A DNA stretch of 64,000 bases from Candidatus Multivoradales bacterium (lineage in GTDB: Bacteria; Acidobacteriota; Thermoanaerobaculia; Multivoradales; JAHEKO01). Of the stretch, positions 37,837 to 47,951 are shown piece after piece. Both the position numbers and the translations under genes were made by a program. The notes beneath the pieces were generated by a model, which made no database searches, was not told the origin of the DNA, and was given only the letters and a program-made list of their open reading frames with translations. The stretch covers positions 1,088,001 through 1,152,000 of the forward strand of contig CBDFIJ010000004.1 in NCBI GenBank assembly GCA_965248055.1, read 5' to 3'. The first letter of the stretch is position 1. The number at the start of each line of letters is the position of its first letter.

Positions 37837-39386
37837 ACCGATTCGACTTCGCCCTGCTCGGAAGGACGCCAACGCAACACCGGATGCCGGGCGGCCTGCG
37901 CTTCGTCGCAACGGCGCACCGGACTGGAATGCGGTGCCTCATGCAAAATATCGGGGTCGGTCTTGGCCTCCTCGGCGATCTGCAGCATGGCGTCAATGAA
38001 CGAGTCGAGATCCTCTTTGGATTCGGTCTCGGTGGGTTCAATCATCAAGGCGCCAGAGACAATCAACGGGAAGTACACGGTTGGTGGATGAAAGCCAAAG
38101 TCAATCAAGCGTTTGGCAATGTCCATGGTCGAAACACCGTACTGGTGCTGCTTGTGGTCGCTAAACACCACTTCGTGCAAGCTGGGGGCGGTGTACGGCA
38201 GATCGTACTCCGGCTCCAGGCGGCTGCGTATGTAGTTGGCGTTCAACACCGCCAGTTCGGCAACCCCTGCCAGGCCCTCTCCGCCGAGGGCGTAGATGTA
38301 GGTCAGGGCACGCAGCAGAATGCCGAATTGCCCGTGGAAGGAACGGGTACGCCCCATCGCCTGGGGCCGATCGCTGTCCAAGTAGTAGCGACCCTGGTCG
38401 TCGCGCTCTACCATCGGTGCCGGCAGAAAAGCCTTCAAGGAATCGGCAGCCGCCACCGGACCAGCACCCGGACCGCCACCGCCGTGCGGTGTCGAAAAGG
38501 TCTTGTGCAGGTTGAGATGGAGCACGTCGACGCCCATGTCGCCAGGCGTCGCCTTGCCGACGAAGGCGTTGAAGTTGGCCCCGTCGCCATAGACGTAGCC
38601 GCCTTTGCTGTGAACGATGTCGGCAATCTCGACGATCCGTTCTTCGAACACGCCCAAGGTGTTGGGGACCGTCAGCATCAGCCCGGCTACGTCTTCGGTC
38701 ATATGGCGGGCCAGGTCTTCGATGTCTAACCGACCCGAGTCGTTGGACAGTAGTTCCTTGACCTCAAATCCGGCCAAGTGAGCCGACGCCGGGTTGGTGC
38801 CGTGCGCCGAATCGGGGATCAAGATCGTTGAGCGCTGTTCCTCGCGTGCTTCAAGCGCCGAGAGAATCATCTGCACGCCAGCAAACTCGCCCTGAGCTCC
38901 GGCTGCGGGCTGCAGGCTGACACGCGACATCCCGGTCAGGGCGATCAGCGCCTGCTCCAGTTGCCACATCACCGCCAAACAGCCTTGGATGCTATCGATC
39001 GGTTGTAGCGGATGTGCCTCAGCAAACCCCGGGATGCGCGCTACTCCCTCATTGATCCGCGGGTTGTACTTCATGGTGCAGGAACCCAGCGGATAGGTGG
39101 CCAAATCGACCGCAGTATTGCGCCGTGACAAGCGAGTGAAATGACGCACCACGTCCACTTCCGAGGTCTCAGGGAAGTCGGTGAGATCTTCGCGACAAAC
39201 CGATGCGGGCAGACAGTCTTCCAAGGCCGGACTACCTTCGGCGGAAGGAAGAATGACGCCGACCCGACCCTCGCGGCTACGCTCAAAGATCGGTGGCTCA
39301 TTGCGCCAGCTAATCAGCGAACGACTGTCTTGAGAACTCGATGCCTGAGGTCCAGATTCCTGAGAACCCGACTCTTGGCAGCTCAT
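37833..39386 (-). CDS. gcvPB: Glycine dehydrogenase subunit 2
   Basis: PLGSCTMKYNP, SAHGTNPAS, HLNLHKTFSTPHGGGGPG, IEPTETES. Confidence 0.98.
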   Translation of the reverse strand: MSCQESGSQESGPQASSSQDSRSLISWRNEPPIFERSREGRVGVILPSAEGSPALEDCLPASVCREDLTDFPETSEVDVVRHFTRLSRRNTAVDLATYPLGSCTMKYNPRINEGVARIPGFAEAHPLQPIDSIQGCLAVMWQLEQALIALTGMSRVSLQPAAGAQGEFAGVQMILSALEAREEQRSTILIPDSAHGTNPASAHLAGFEVKELLSNDSGRLDIEDLARHMTEDVAGLMLTVPNTLGVFEERIVEIADIVHSKGGYVYGDGANFNAFVGKATPGDMGVDVLHLNLHKTFSTPHGGGGPGAGPVAAADSLKAFLPAPMVERDDQGRYYLDSDRPQAMGRTRSFHGQFGILLRALTYIYALGGEGLAGVAELAVLNANYIRSRLEPEYDLPYTAPSLHEVVFSDHKQHQYGVSTMDIAKRLIDFGFHPPTVYFPLIVSGALMIEPTETESKEDLDSFIDAMLQIAEEAKTDPDILHEAPHSSPVRRCDEAQAARHPVLRWRPSEQGEVESV

Positions 39387-40747
39387 GACGCCACCTCCTT
39401 GGCTACGTCCAGCCATCGGTCGACGTCTTCTGCGGTATGGATTTCGGTCGCCGCAGTCAGAAAGCAATCCTCCATCCCCGGCTGATCCGCCAGCGGATGC
39501 CCGGCGATCAGACCGGCGTCACGAAAACCCGCCAAGACTTGATCCACTGGCTTGGCGGTGGCGCGGATCGCCATTTCATTGAACACCGGGGTGTCAAACG
39601 CTGGCTCCAACCCATCGATCGAAGTCAGCCCTTGGCGCAGTTGCCCCAGACGCCGGACGTTGAGTTGCGCCAGCTCGCGCAGCCCGGTGCGTCCATGCAA
39701 CGACAGATAGATGGTGGCGGCCAGGGCACACAACGATTGGTTAGTGCAAATATTGGAGGTCGCCTTCTCACGACGAATGTGCTGCTCGCGGGTGGCCAAG
39801 GTCAAGACGTAGGCGCGACGCCCATCGACGTCCACCGTCTCGCCCACCAAACGACCCGGGATCGCCCGTTTCATCTTGTCGGTCGCCGCCAGGAAACCCA
39901 GCGAAGGCCCTCCAAACGACATGGAATTGCCAAATGACTGCGCCTCGCCGACGGCAATCTGGCAACCGCACTCGCCCGGCGATTTCAAAAGCCCCATGCT
40001 CAGCGCCTCGGTGACCACGCCGATGCTGTGGGCACCGTGGGCGTCAGCGGCGTTAGAAATCGCCTGCCAATCTTCAATGCCACCGAAGTAGTTCGGCGAC
40101 TGGGAAACGACGCAAGCCGTCTCGTCGTCCAACGCGTTTTCAAGATCTGCCAAGTCAACCCGTCCGTCAGCGCCCGACCCGACGTCCACCAACTGCAAGC
40201 AGAGTTTGCGGGTGTAGGTGGCCAAGGTTTCGCGGTAGTGGGGATGAATCGCCCCAGCCAGGATCACCCGGCGGCGCTTTCGCTGTACCCGTAGCGACAT
40301 CAGCACCGCTTCGGCACAGGCCGACGCGCCGTCGTAGAGCGAAGCATTGGCCACAGGCAATCCGGTCAAGATCGAAATAAAGGTCTGGTATTCAAAAATC
40401 GCCTGCAGGGTGCCCTGGGAAGTCTCGGGTTGGTAGGGCGTGTAGACGGTGAAGAACTCGGCGCGGTGTAGCAAATGATCGACCGCCGCCGGGATAGTGT
40501 GCTGGTAGGCCCCAGCACCCAAGAAGCTCTTGCCGCGATCGACTTGATTGAGCGCGGCCAAACCGCCGAAATGCCGTCGCAGGTCCTCATCGCCCATCGG
40601 GCCGGTAACCTCAGGCGGCTGGCTAAGACGAACTTCCTGTGGAATGGTCGCGAATAGGTCATCGACTTGATCGACGCCAATCGCGGCCAACATCTCACGG
40701 CGATCGGTTTCGCCCGCGGGTAGGTAGCGGTGTCCTTTGGCAGCCAT
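39383..40747 (-). CDS. gcvPA: Glycine dehydrogenase subunit 1
   Basis: YTPYQPETSQGTLQAIFEYQ, TREQHIRREKATSNICTNQ. Confidence 0.98.
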   Translation of the reverse strand: MAAKGHRYLPAGETDRREMLAAIGVDQVDDLFATIPQEVRLSQPPEVTGPMGDEDLRRHFGGLAALNQVDRGKSFLGAGAYQHTIPAAVDHLLHRAEFFTVYTPYQPETSQGTLQAIFEYQTFISILTGLPVANASLYDGASACAEAVLMSLRVQRKRRRVILAGAIHPHYRETLATYTRKLCLQLVDVGSGADGRVDLADLENALDDETACVVSQSPNYFGGIEDWQAISNAADAHGAHSIGVVTEALSMGLLKSPGECGCQIAVGEAQSFGNSMSFGGPSLGFLAATDKMKRAIPGRLVGETVDVDGRRAYVLTLATREQHIRREKATSNICTNQSLCALAATIYLSLHGRTGLRELAQLNVRRLGQLRQGLTSIDGLEPAFDTPVFNEMAIRATAKPVDQVLAGFRDAGLIAGHPLADQPGMEDCFLTAATEIHTAEDVDRWLDVAKEVAS

Positions 40748-40760
40748 GGGTGCAGCTAAT

Positions 40761-41141
40761 CTAGGAGCCAGAGATAAACGCCTGGTATGCCGGGGCGTCC
40801 ATCAAGCCTTCCAAGTCAACACCCTCGGCGGGCTCGATCTCCACCAACCAGCCATCACCGTGCGGATCCTCGTTGAGCAGCTCCGGTTGATCGAGCAAGG
40901 TCTCATTAATCGCCACCACTGTGCCGGGGATCGGGGTGTAGATCTCGGCGACCGCCTTGACCGACTCAATCGACCCTATCTCGTCATCGGCATCGAACTC
41001 AGTACCGATTTCCGGCAGCTCAGCGTAGACCACTTCGCCTAATTCCTCTTGCGCGAAATCGGTAATGCCTAGCCGGTAGTTCTGGCCGTCAGCGGCCAGC
41101 CATTCATGTTCCTCTGAGTAGCGGTAATCCTCGGGATACAT
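40761..41141 (-). CDS. gcvH: Glycine cleavage H protein
   Basis: HEW, GITDFAQ, IESVKAV lipoyl-Lys, NEDPHGDGW. Confidence 0.98.
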   Translation of the reverse strand: MYPEDYRYSEEHEWLAADGQNYRLGITDFAQEELGEVVYAELPEIGTEFDADDEIGSIESVKAVAEIYTPIPGTVVAINETLLDQPELLNEDPHGDGWLVEIEPAEGVDLEGLMDAPAYQAFISGS

Positions 41142-41244
41142 CGTCTTCTCCTCGATCAAAAAGTGTTGACAGTCGGTCTCTTCGATAGCGGTCGGGTTGA
41201 TCTATTTGCTTTCCCTAGTCTCGAATGACTCAGTCCCTGAACTC

Positions 41245-42351
41245 CTAAGTGTTCGCTTCCGGGCGCCGGTAGAACGGTGTCGGGCAGACCTTGGCTTCAA
41301 CGCTGCGGCCGCGTATCTCAACCTCCAGTTCCTGTCCTTTCTCCGCCAGGTCGGTACGCACATAGGCCAGGGCGATCGCCTTATCCAAAGTCGGGCTCAT
41401 GGTGCCACTGGTGACCTCGCCAACCTGCGCACCGTCCAAGGTTACCGGGTAGTCGTGGCGGGCAATCCCTCGCCCGAGCATCTGCAATCCCACCAATTTG
41501 CGAGAGATGCCTTCCTTGCGTTGTTTCTCCAGCGCATCTCGGCCGATGAAATCTCCGGCCTTCCACTTCACCACCCAGCCCAGATCGGCCTCCAAGGGAG
41601 TGATGGTGTCGTTGAGGTCGTTGCCGTAGAGCGCCATTGCGGCTTCCAGCCGCAGCGTGTCACGGGCTCCGAGTCCACAAGGCAAGAGCTCGACGGATTG
41701 TCCTGCAGCGCGAATTTGACGCCAAATCTCGTCGGCGTCTTGCGCTGCAACGTACAGTTCAAATCCGTCTTCGCCGGTGTAACCGGTGCGAGAAATCAGT
41801 GCGCCGAATCGACCGACCTTGCCGTGAGCAAATCCGTAGTAGCGGATCGCCGAGAGATCAGTGTCGGTGAGCGATTGCAGGATTTCCGCCGACCGCGGAC
41901 CCTGCAAAGCCATCAAGGCGGTGTTCAAACTGTGGTCTTCCACATGGACGCCATTGGCGTGGTTTTCGATCCACTCTAGAGCGCGAATCCGGTTGGATGC
42001 GTTGACCACCAACATCCACTCACGTTCGTCGATTCGATAGACCAGGAAGTCGTCGATGTAGGTTCCCTGTTCGGTGAGCAGACCACTGTAGTGCGCCCGG
42101 CCAGGGACCAGCGAAAGAACGTTGTTGGGGGTCAACCGCTGAACCAGTTCGGTAGATCCGGGTCCGGTCACTGCGACCTGCCCCATGTGGGAGACATCGA
42201 ACAATCCCGCTCGCTCGCGCACCGCTTCGTGCTCATCTCGCAACGAGCCATAACGCACCGGCATTTCCCAACCGGCAAAGTCGACAAACCGAGCGCCCTC
42301 TTCCTGGTTCACTTGGTAGAGGGGGGTGCGGCGTGGTTGGGATTCGCTCAT
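41245..42351 (-). CDS. gcvT: Glycine cleavage aminomethyltransferase T
   Basis: FAGWEMP, FDVSHMG, RTGYTGEDGFE, GLGARDTLRLEA. Confidence 0.98.
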   Translation of the reverse strand: MSESQPRRTPLYQVNQEEGARFVDFAGWEMPVRYGSLRDEHEAVRERAGLFDVSHMGQVAVTGPGSTELVQRLTPNNVLSLVPGRAHYSGLLTEQGTYIDDFLVYRIDEREWMLVVNASNRIRALEWIENHANGVHVEDHSLNTALMALQGPRSAEILQSLTDTDLSAIRYYGFAHGKVGRFGALISRTGYTGEDGFELYVAAQDADEIWRQIRAAGQSVELLPCGLGARDTLRLEAAMALYGNDLNDTITPLEADLGWVVKWKAGDFIGRDALEKQRKEGISRKLVGLQMLGRGIARHDYPVTLDGAQVGEVTSGTMSPTLDKAIALAYVRTDLAEKGQELEVEIRGRSVEAKVCPTPFYRRPEANT

Positions 42352-42548
42352 TAGGTAGATGTCCAAGAGAAACGCTGGACGGGGCGAAAATACCACAATC
42401 AGTCGGATCGACTGATGCTCCCGCCCGGCCTCGATCTACGGTCTATTCGGGGCTCGTTTCACGTCCGCTGGACAGCCCGGGCCGAAAGCCGATCGCATAG
42501 TCATAAGTGACACAGAATCAATGCCTTAAGGGTCCGGTCCTAGGGATT

Positions 42549-42774
42549 TGTGGAAAAACACCTGAGCGGCTGCTTTAGGGCCAACCGCCACCAACGGACA
42601 CGCTACCTTTAAATTGTTGAACTGATTGATTTTAACCGTCAATGCACAAACCTTTGGGCATTTTGTATAAGCTCTGTCATTGACCCATTCCTCGGCCCGA
42701 AAACCCCGGATATCCACAGCGTTTTCCACAGCTCCTGTGGATTGCCGAAGTCGCACCTCATTCGTTGTTCCACG
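42549..42774. other. Cluster of DnaA-box-like 9-mers around an AT-rich tract
   Basis: TGTGGAAAA 42549, TTTGTATAA 42662, ATATCCACA 42710, TTTTCCACA 42722, TGTGGATTG 42736, TGTTCCACG 42766. Confidence 0.55.
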
Positions 42775-42815
42775 GCGATTGCTAACGACTTTTTCACCAG
42801 TGACTTAGGTCAGAA

Positions 42816-43622
42816 CTAGCCTCGAGCATGGCGTGCCCAAGACGACTCCAAATCAGCAACGAACCGTGCCGAGTCAGGGTCGAAGCGAAAGCGCTGCAAC
42901 GCGAGCCGACCCTCATTCAAGCGAATGCGAAAACACGAGCATTGGCCCTTCTCGCGACCCCGGCCTCGGGTCGAACTGGCGGTCCCGGCGTGGATCAAAG
43001 GCAGGTCATGGCTCAAGTGCCGGTAGTAGTCGCGCAGCCACACTTGATAGCTAATGTGCAGGTGACCGGAGAGCACCAGATCAACTCGATGCTCCGCCAA
43101 AACATCAGCCAAAGCCGCAGCACCGGAGAGCGTCTTGCGTGCCGAAGCATCAGGACCGGGAACCAGTTCGTGATGCACCACCACCACTTTCCATCGATCT
43201 CCGGCGGACTGCAGTCTCTCCGCCAATTTTTGCCGTTGCCGACGCGTGACCCGACCATCTTTGATGGTGGAACGAATCGCCGAATTGACCCCCACCACGA
43301 CCACCCTTTCATCTTGATAAATCGGCTCCAGATCACTATCAAAGTGGTTGCGATAGGCATTCAGAGGAGCCAGCCATCGCTCCCACACCCGATACTGGGG
43401 CACGTCGTGATTTCCAGGAACCGCGAGCACCGGCACCGCGAGCTGATCGAGAAATTGCCGTGCCTGGGCAAATTGCTCCGGCTTCGCGCGCTGGGTTAGA
43501 TCCCCCGAAACGACAACCAGATCCGGAGGGGCGTCGCGCACCCACTGGGCAATCGACTCACTGGCTTCCGCGCGATGCGGAGGCCCGAAATGAATGTCGG
43601 AGAGGTGAAGAATCTCTGGCAA
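42816..43622 (-). CDS. Metallophosphoesterase (calcineurin-like)
   Basis: SDIHFG, GDLT, PGNHD, HH, GHLH. Confidence 0.93.
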   Translation of the reverse strand: MPEILHLSDIHFGPPHRAEASESIAQWVRDAPPDLVVVSGDLTQRAKPEQFAQARQFLDQLAVPVLAVPGNHDVPQYRVWERWLAPLNAYRNHFDSDLEPIYQDERVVVVGVNSAIRSTIKDGRVTRRQRQKLAERLQSAGDRWKVVVVHHELVPGPDASARKTLSGAAALADVLAEHRVDLVLSGHLHISYQVWLRDYYRHLSHDLPLIHAGTASSTRGRGREKGQCSCFRIRLNEGRLALQRFRFDPDSARFVADLESSWARHARG

Positions 43623-43751
43623 TGGCTCGGCCTGGATTTCGGTCAGAAGGGCAGTTGGGTCAGAAGGGCGGTTGGAGTTGCCGGTCCGTCGCCAACCACC
43701 ACTCCGATGGCGTTAGACCTCGACCAACCGATCCAGACCTCAACCCTAGGG

Positions 43752-44006
43752 TCAATCGTTGCCTAGATAGGCATTCACGCCTTGGGTAACCCCGTCGGCG
43801 GCCATGTCGGCCAGGTCCTCCATCAGCTGGCTGCCACGGCGGCTGCCGAGCAAGAATCCAACGCCAGCGGCTACCGACAGGGCAAACCAGGGGTGCTGAC
43901 GCACCACGCTTTGCCACTCCAAGTCCTCCGGGAGCAACTGGTCGACCCAGTAGTCAGAAGCTGGCTCTGGTTCTGGCTCAGCTTGCTTGGACTTGGCCCA
44001 AGCCAT
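43752..44006 (-). CDS. Small membrane-anchored hypothetical protein
   Basis: VRQHPWFALSVAAGVGFLLG; coupled to upstream gene. Confidence 0.7.
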   Translation of the reverse strand: MAWAKSKQAEPEPEPASDYWVDQLLPEDLEWQSVVRQHPWFALSVAAGVGFLLGSRRGSQLMEDLADMAADGVTQGVNAYLGND

Positions 44007-44332
44007 CAGCGACGGCCACCGCGCATCAGCAGCCCAACTAGAAATCCAACACCAGCGGCGATCAAGACCGAGCGGCCCGGGTTGTCGTTGACGTATGCGT
44101 TAACCTCGCGGTTGAGCCCTTCGAGATCTTTCTTGACCCGGTCGGCGCCGGCCTTCAAATTATCGACCGCGACCTCGCGAGCGACCTCCGATCGTTCGCC
44201 CGCTGACCGAGCTGCATCGGACACCTTGCGTCCAACCCGACCGCCAACCTCAGAAAGGCGTTGCCGTGCCTGATCTGCCCGACCTGGGCTTTCCATACCG
44301 CCATCAACCGAATCGTTTGCTGTGTCTTCCAT
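44006..44332 (-). CDS. DUF883 / ElaB-YqjD family tail-anchored protein
   Basis: YVNDNPGRSVLIAAGVGFLVGLLMR; GGAGG before ATG 44332. Confidence 0.85.
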   Translation of the reverse strand: MEDTANDSVDGGMESPGRADQARQRLSEVGGRVGRKVSDAARSAGERSEVAREVAVDNLKAGADRVKKDLEGLNREVNAYVNDNPGRSVLIAAGVGFLVGLLMRGGRR

Positions 44333-44466
44333 GGGTGCCTCCAGACCGCCAACTATAGCAGCGGCGGCTCCGGTTTCATTTGATCCCAAGCCATCAAAAT
44401 GGCACAATCGCCCGCCCGTCAAGGGGCACGATTTCCCTGGGGAACAATTTCCCCAAGGGAGGGTGT

Positions 44467-44542
44467 GGGGCAGTAGCTCAGCTGGGAGAGCACCACGTTC
44501 GCAACGTGGGGGTCGAGGGTTCAAGTCCCTTCTGCTCCACCA
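44467..44542 (+). tRNA. tRNA-Ala (anticodon CGC)
   Basis: GGGGCAG acceptor with G3:U70, anticodon arm CCACG-TTCGCAA-CGTGG, TTCAAGT T-loop, encoded CCA. Confidence 0.97.
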
Positions 44543-44851
44543 TTCCTCCGTTTCACTCCAGAATTAGGAGCAGAAAGGACTTTAGGCAGCAGGACGACGC
44601 GATGCGTCGCCTGGTGGCAAGTCCTCAGTCTTCTACTCGCACCATTTCTCCACTACATTTCGGATTTAGGATCAGATGGAGCTCTAGACAGCAGGACGAC
44701 GCGATGCGTCGCCTGGTGGCAAGTCCCCAGCCTTCTACTCGCACCATCCCTCCACTGCGTTTCGGAACTTAGGATCAGATGGAATTTTAGGCAGCAGGAC
44801 GACGCGATGCGTCGCCTGGTGGCAAGTCCCTTGCCTTCTACTCGCACCATT
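44543..44851 (+). repeat. Three ~103-bp tandem repeats each ending in a tRNA-3'-end-like sequence
   Basis: CAGCAGGACGACGCGATGCGTCGCCTGGTGGCAAGTCC...CTTCTACTCGCACCAT at 44587, 44689, 44792. Confidence 0.9.
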
Positions 44852-44935
44852 CCTACGGTTCACTCTAAGTTGCAAGCCGTATAGCTTGTAGTCTCTCGAA
44901 GACATCCGAAACCCGTCCGATAGGAGGACAAGATT

Positions 44936-45082
44936 ATGACGACGTGCTCAACGTGCAACGGAACTGGTAATTGCTACCCGTGCGATGAATCCGGCGACAA
45001 CGGATCCGGCCCTGGGAGCTGCGGAGCGTGCCATGGAACCGGCAACTGCAGTTCTTGCGGGGGTAAGGGACGAAAAGCCTAG
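44936..45082 (+). CDS. 48-aa DnaJ-type zinc-finger microprotein
   Basis: AGGAGG RBS; MTTCSTCNGTGNCYPCDESGDNGSGPGSCGACHGTGNCSSCGGKGRKA, four CxxC motifs. Confidence 0.8.
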   Translation: MTTCSTCNGTGNCYPCDESGDNGSGPGSCGACHGTGNCSSCGGKGRKA

Positions 45083-45149
45083 CCATCGGACAAAGATTTC
45101 GGATCCTGCGCTCCCAGGAACCTCGGCATCTGGACGTGGCCCGGTGCGT

Positions 45150-45514
45150 ATCTCTCAAGACAGTGCTGGCCCCCAATTGCCCCCGGTGTGTGTGGCGCTT
45201 CGCAATGTCATCGCCGGGCTGCATTCCGATTTCGTCGAAGTAGTCTGGCTCAAGCAAGAGATCGCGAGCCATGGGACAGGGCCGAGGAAGATATCGAGCA
45301 CCACGCCTACATCGGCATCCACGCCAAACATGTCAATTTGGACTTCTACCGCGGCGCTGCGCTGGCTGTCACAGATCTGACCGATCCCCAGGAGCTTCTG
45401 CAGGGAATCGGAAAGCGGCTTCGCCACATCAAGATTGTCAGGGTTGAAGTTGCTAAGAGCGCTGCAGTCAAGAGCCTTCTAGTCGCTGCGACCACGGATC
45501 GACAGAGCGCTTGA
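45150..45514 (+). pseudogene. DUF1801-like protein, frameshifted
   Basis: LRNVIAGLHSDFVEVVW in one frame continues as YIGIHAKHVNLDFYRGA..LTDP..LLQG.GKRLRHIKI in another. Confidence 0.65.
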
Positions 45515-45613
45515 ATATGAGATCCTCTCATTTGATTGGGATTGAGGTCTCTGAACAACAGACCCTAGACCCGTCCAAACGACGCACAACGAATCGAATC
45601 TGGGGGAAGTCTC

Positions 45614-46897
45614 ATGAATGTCACATCGCGCATCTTGGCTGTCTGTCTTGCACTCTCAGTTCCCGTCCAAGCCGAGCACAGCAATTCGGAAAGTGTCAGT
45701 CCGGACGCTTTCAAAGCCCGGCGGCAGAAGCTGATGGAGTCGTTAGACGGGGCGGTAGCGGTGCTCTATGGAGGCACCGAAAACCGCGGTGGCGCTGGCG
45801 GCGATCCCTTTGTCCAAGACTCCGCCTTTTATTATTTAACGGGAGTGTCCGATCCCGGCGCGGCGTTGATCTTGGCTCCCGGAGAGCATCGCTTCAAAGA
45901 AACTCTCTACCTTCAGCCGCGCAATCCTGAGGTCGAGGACTGGAATGGTCGACGACCATCGCTGGGGGAGGCTCTGGAACAAGACCTCGGTTTTGAAGAA
46001 GTGCAGCGCATCGACCGCTTGGGCCGGGATCTCTCGGCCATGGTACAGCGCAGCAAGAAAGCGGCATTCCTGGGTCCGATCGTCAGTGCGACTGCCAACA
46101 AGCCTCAGGCTCTGGTAATTTTGGAAGAGGTCAAGAAGCGGGTACCGGGCACCACTCTGGAGAACATGGCGCATCTGATTCCAGAAATGCGCCGGATCAA
46201 GGAACCGCAGGAGATCGAGTCGATTCAGAAAGCGGTTGACGTAACCGGCAAGGGAATCGTCGCGGCAATGCAGGCGGTGGAACCGGGGATGCTCGAGTTC
46301 CAACTGCAGTCCACCGTGGAACACGCCTATGAGATGGAGGGCGCGCAGTTTCTGGGTTTTTCGACGATTTCGGCCTGGGGTCCAAACGCGACCGTGTTGC
46401 ACTACCAACGCAACGACCAGGCCATCCAAGACCATGGGCTGTTCCTGCTCGACACCGGAGCAGCGTGGCAGCACTACAGCGCCGACGTCACACGCACCTT
46501 CCCAGTAGACGGAACATTTTCTGATCGCGAGAAAGAACTCTACCAACTGGTATTGAAAGCGGCGGATACCGCAACCCAGCAGGTCCAGGTGGGAGCCGAC
46601 TACTACAACGACGTCCACCTGACCGCCAAAGGGGTTTTGGACCAGGCAGGCTACGGCAAGTACTTCATCCACGGCACCGGTCACTTTGTCGGCCTCGATG
46701 TCCACGACGCCGGCAACTACGACCTACCGTTGAAAGCGGGGGTCGTGATCACGGTGGAGCCGGGGATCTACATCCCGGAAGAAGGGATCGGCATCCGTAT
46801 CGAAGATGTTGTCTTGGTCACCGAAGAAGGTCCAGTGGTGTTGTCGCGGCACATTCCGCGCACGGTTGCAGAAATCGAAGCCACCATGGCTGACTAA
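45614..46897 (+). CDS. pepP: Exported Xaa-Pro aminopeptidase (M24B)
   Basis: FYYLTG, VLHY, LDTGA..YSADVTRTFP, HGTGHFVGLDVHD, TVEPGIY, GIRIED. Confidence 0.93.
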   Translation: MNVTSRILAVCLALSVPVQAEHSNSESVSPDAFKARRQKLMESLDGAVAVLYGGTENRGGAGGDPFVQDSAFYYLTGVSDPGAALILAPGEHRFKETLYLQPRNPEVEDWNGRRPSLGEALEQDLGFEEVQRIDRLGRDLSAMVQRSKKAAFLGPIVSATANKPQALVILEEVKKRVPGTTLENMAHLIPEMRRIKEPQEIESIQKAVDVTGKGIVAAMQAVEPGMLEFQLQSTVEHAYEMEGAQFLGFSTISAWGPNATVLHYQRNDQAIQDHGLFLLDTGAAWQHYSADVTRTFPVDGTFSDREKELYQLVLKAADTATQQVQVGADYYNDVHLTAKGVLDQAGYGKYFIHGTGHFVGLDVHDAGNYDLPLKAGVVITVEPGIYIPEEGIGIRIEDVVLVTEEGPVVLSRHIPRTVAEIEATMAD

Positions 46898-46951
46898 ACC
46901 AGCAGGGCTTTTCGCTTCGCAAGATCTCTCCGACAAACAACCGAGGAAATA

Positions 46952-47914
46952 ATGACTGACCACCACACAATACTGGGTGCCGCAATGATCGCTCTCGCAC
47001 TGACCGCGGGATGCGCGACCTCGATCGCTCCAAGCGAAACCACAGCAGAGGCTGCCGTTGACGATAGCGAAGCATCTGAAGCCACCCCCTATCGCAGCAT
47101 GCAAGAAGTGCTGGAGGACTCCACCGACAACGATTGGAGACCTCTCGACCCAGAGAACACGCTCTACATGGAACTTAAATCTGGACGGGTGATCATCGAA
47201 CTGGCGACTGCGTTTGCCCCGGAGCACACCGCCAACATGAAGACCTTGGCGCGGGCCGAATTCTGGAACGGCCTGTCGATCTACCGTAGCCAAGACAACT
47301 TCGTGGTGCAATGGGGCGATCCTGCCGCCGACGAAGAAAACAGTCGCTCTCTCGCTCCGGCCCTAGAGCACCTTCCCGCTGAGTTTGACCGCCCGCTGGA
47401 AGGTGTCACTTTCACCGCCCTACCTGATTCTGATGGGTGGTCCGATCAGGCTGGCTTCACCAACGGCTTTCCGTCAGCAACCGACAGCGAACGGGTGTGG
47501 CTTGCCCACTGCTACGGCGCAGTCGGAGCAGGGCGCGCCGCAGAACCGGACAGCAGCACCGGCGCCGAGCTTTACGCGATCATCGGCCAGTCGCCGCGCC
47601 AACTAGATCGCAATATCACCTTGGTTGGCCGGGTGGTGCGGGGCATGGAACTGCTCTCGATTCTTCCCCGCGGACCCGAGCCGATGGGCATTTACGACAG
47701 CGCCGAGAAATACACGCCGATCATCTCGGTCCGGGTGGCTTCAGATGTAGCCGAAACAGACCAGGAACCGCTCGAGATTCTCAGGACCGACACTCAAACC
47801 TTTGCTGACCTGGTCGAAGCGCGGCGCAACCGAGGTGGGTGGTACATCACCCCAGCGGGGCACATCGACCTGTGCAACGTGCCGTTACCGACCCGCGTTT
47901 CAATCGAAGAGTAG
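46952..47914 (+). CDS. Cyclophilin-type peptidyl-prolyl isomerase lipoprotein
   Basis: Lipobox TAGC; [34 protein letters not shown]. Confidence 0.85.
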   Translation: MTDHHTILGAAMIALALTAGCATSIAPSETTAEAAVDDSEASEATPYRSMQEVLEDSTDNDWRPLDPENTLYMELKSGRVIIELATAFAPEHTANMKTLARAEFWNGLSIYRSQDNFVVQWGDPAADEENSRSLAPALEHLPAEFDRPLEGVTFTALPDSDGWSDQAGFTNGFPSATDSERVWLAHCYGAVGAGRAAEPDSSTGAELYAIIGQSPRQLDRNITLVGRVVRGMELLSILPRGPEPMGIYDSAEKYTPIISVRVASDVAETDQEPLEILRTDTQTFADLVEARRNRGGWYITPAGHIDLCNVPLPTRVSIEE

Positions 47915-47951
47915 GGCGCAAGGAAACTTTGTTTCTGGAGTTCTTGCTGGC

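Noticed and set aside
37530-38729. Long plus-strand ORFs opposite gcvPB and similar shadow ORFs (e.g. 11464-12462, 23296-24138, 45836-46705)
   Set aside because: Antisense to well-supported genes in GC-rich DNA with no motifs of their own.
42352-42815. Glycine riboswitch upstream of gcvT
   Set aside because: Could not find the GGAGA...CCGAAG...CTCAGG aptamer core on the minus strand.
44333-44524. N-terminal extension of ORF 44006-44524 (MNPRPPRCERGALPAEL)
   Set aside because: It is the antisense translation of tRNA-Ala; the real gene starts at 44332 with an RBS.
44543-44851. CRISPR array
   Set aside because: Conserved part is about 60 bp, the intervening segments are similar to each other rather than unique, and no cas genes are present.
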